This document shows positions 63,227-64,000 of a stretch of 64,000 nt of DNA, one piece after another. The DNA is from Lama glama. Taxonomy: Eukaryota. Below the pieces are notes generated by a model, which saw nothing but the letters and a program-made list of their open reading frames with translations, had not been told where the DNA came from and made no database searches. Within the stretch, counting starts at the first letter, position 1, and each line of letters starts with the position of its first letter. The stretch covers positions 60,886,001-60,950,000 of the forward strand of contig CM052816.1 of NCBI GenBank assembly GCA_028534125.1, in the 5' to 3' direction. A program made the position numbers and the translations under genes.

Positions 63227-63573
63227 CTGTAAGATATTAATAGTACGTCAGTTAACTGCTAAAAAATTAAACACCCACCATACTGTTGACAAGATATTCT
63301 CACCTAACATTAATGCATCGCAAATAAGTATATCACTAACCTGGGTGACCAAGTACCATATATGAGTCCTGCAACCTATCTAACTCCACTCCATACCCCA
63401 GTTTTTAAAGACACAAGTCATTCTGCAGAGGCCACCACGTGTTCACATAAAACACAACTTTGTAATATCAATTTCAGTTTTGAAATATTCAAGATTTACC
63501 AATCAACTGTAATTAGGAAAAAACAAAATCAAATACAAAAAACTGACTAAGTAGAAAAGAATAAAAAGGATAT

Positions 63574-63668
63574 GGGAGAAGTGGGTATAGCTCAGTGGTA
63601 GAGCTCATGCTCGGCATGCATGAGGTCCTCAGTTCAATTTCCAATACCTCGATTAAAAAATTAATTTT
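63574..63668 (+). mobile_element. tRNA-Ala-derived camelid SINE in a SREK1 intron
   Basis: GGGTATAGCTCAGTGGTAGAGCTCATGCTCGGCATGCATGAGGTCCTCAGTTCAA; TSD AAAAGAATAAAAAGGATA / AAAAGGATAAAAAGGATA. Confidence 0.9.
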
Positions 63669-64000
63669 TAAAAAGGATAAAAAGGATAAAGAAACAGATA
63701 CAGTTCTCAGGCAAGGCTGAATGACTTCTAGAAAAACCTGAATTTGAAGTGAAAAAACTTCAAATAACCAATGGTGCCCTCCTCTCATTCACAATTACGA
63801 AGAAGTCCCAGCACCAATTCAAGAGCAAAATTTAAGCCGAAGATGCAATGAACAAGTTCCATTTGTAAAAATAACATATCCTTAAAATTACAAGGAAAAA
63901 AATGACGCATTTCATATCAGAAGCATGTTTAACAGACACCTTCTACTTAAAATAATTAGCCCTAACATGAAATTCTGAACTTTTTTCCTAATTATGAATA

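Noticed and set aside
155..63788. Single-exon ORFs of 60-156 aa in the supplied track as stand-alone genes
   Set aside because: Most lie in repeats or low-complexity DNA or start at non-ATG codons. The real SREK1 exons are not in the track, and 62972-63232(+) and 61816-62064(+) are merely antisense to them.

Overview
Mammalian genomic DNA, most likely from a camelid: it carries six copies of a tRNA-Ala(AGC)-derived SINE of the Vic-1 type and artiodactyl-type L1 3' ends. The right end holds the last two coding exons of SREK1 (SFRS12/SRrp86) on the minus strand (63082-63226 and 61841-61990) and a ~4.7 kb 3' UTR. The rest is transposon-rich (L1, L2, MIR, MLT/ERVL LTRs, hAT and Tc1/mariner fossils), and no ORF in the supplied track looks like an intact gene. 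Main observation: the non-repetitive islands between ~21 kb and ~53 kb contain about 14 minus-strand blocks bounded by canonical acceptors and donors, with mostly compatible phases but disrupted by stops and frameshifts, and the 5' blocks lie in an orphan CpG island. I read this as a candidate unitary pseudogene just downstream of SREK1. Its residual translation recalls tandem Pol-beta-superfamily (RlaP / PF10127-like) nucleotidyltransferase domains, but that call is motif recognition by eye and needs a search. Secondary findings are candidate poison and micro-exons in the SREK1 last intron and 3' UTR, a perfect 88-bp tandem duplication, and an old ~500-bp duplication of a composite repeat junction. 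Repeat subfamily names and boundaries are approximate.
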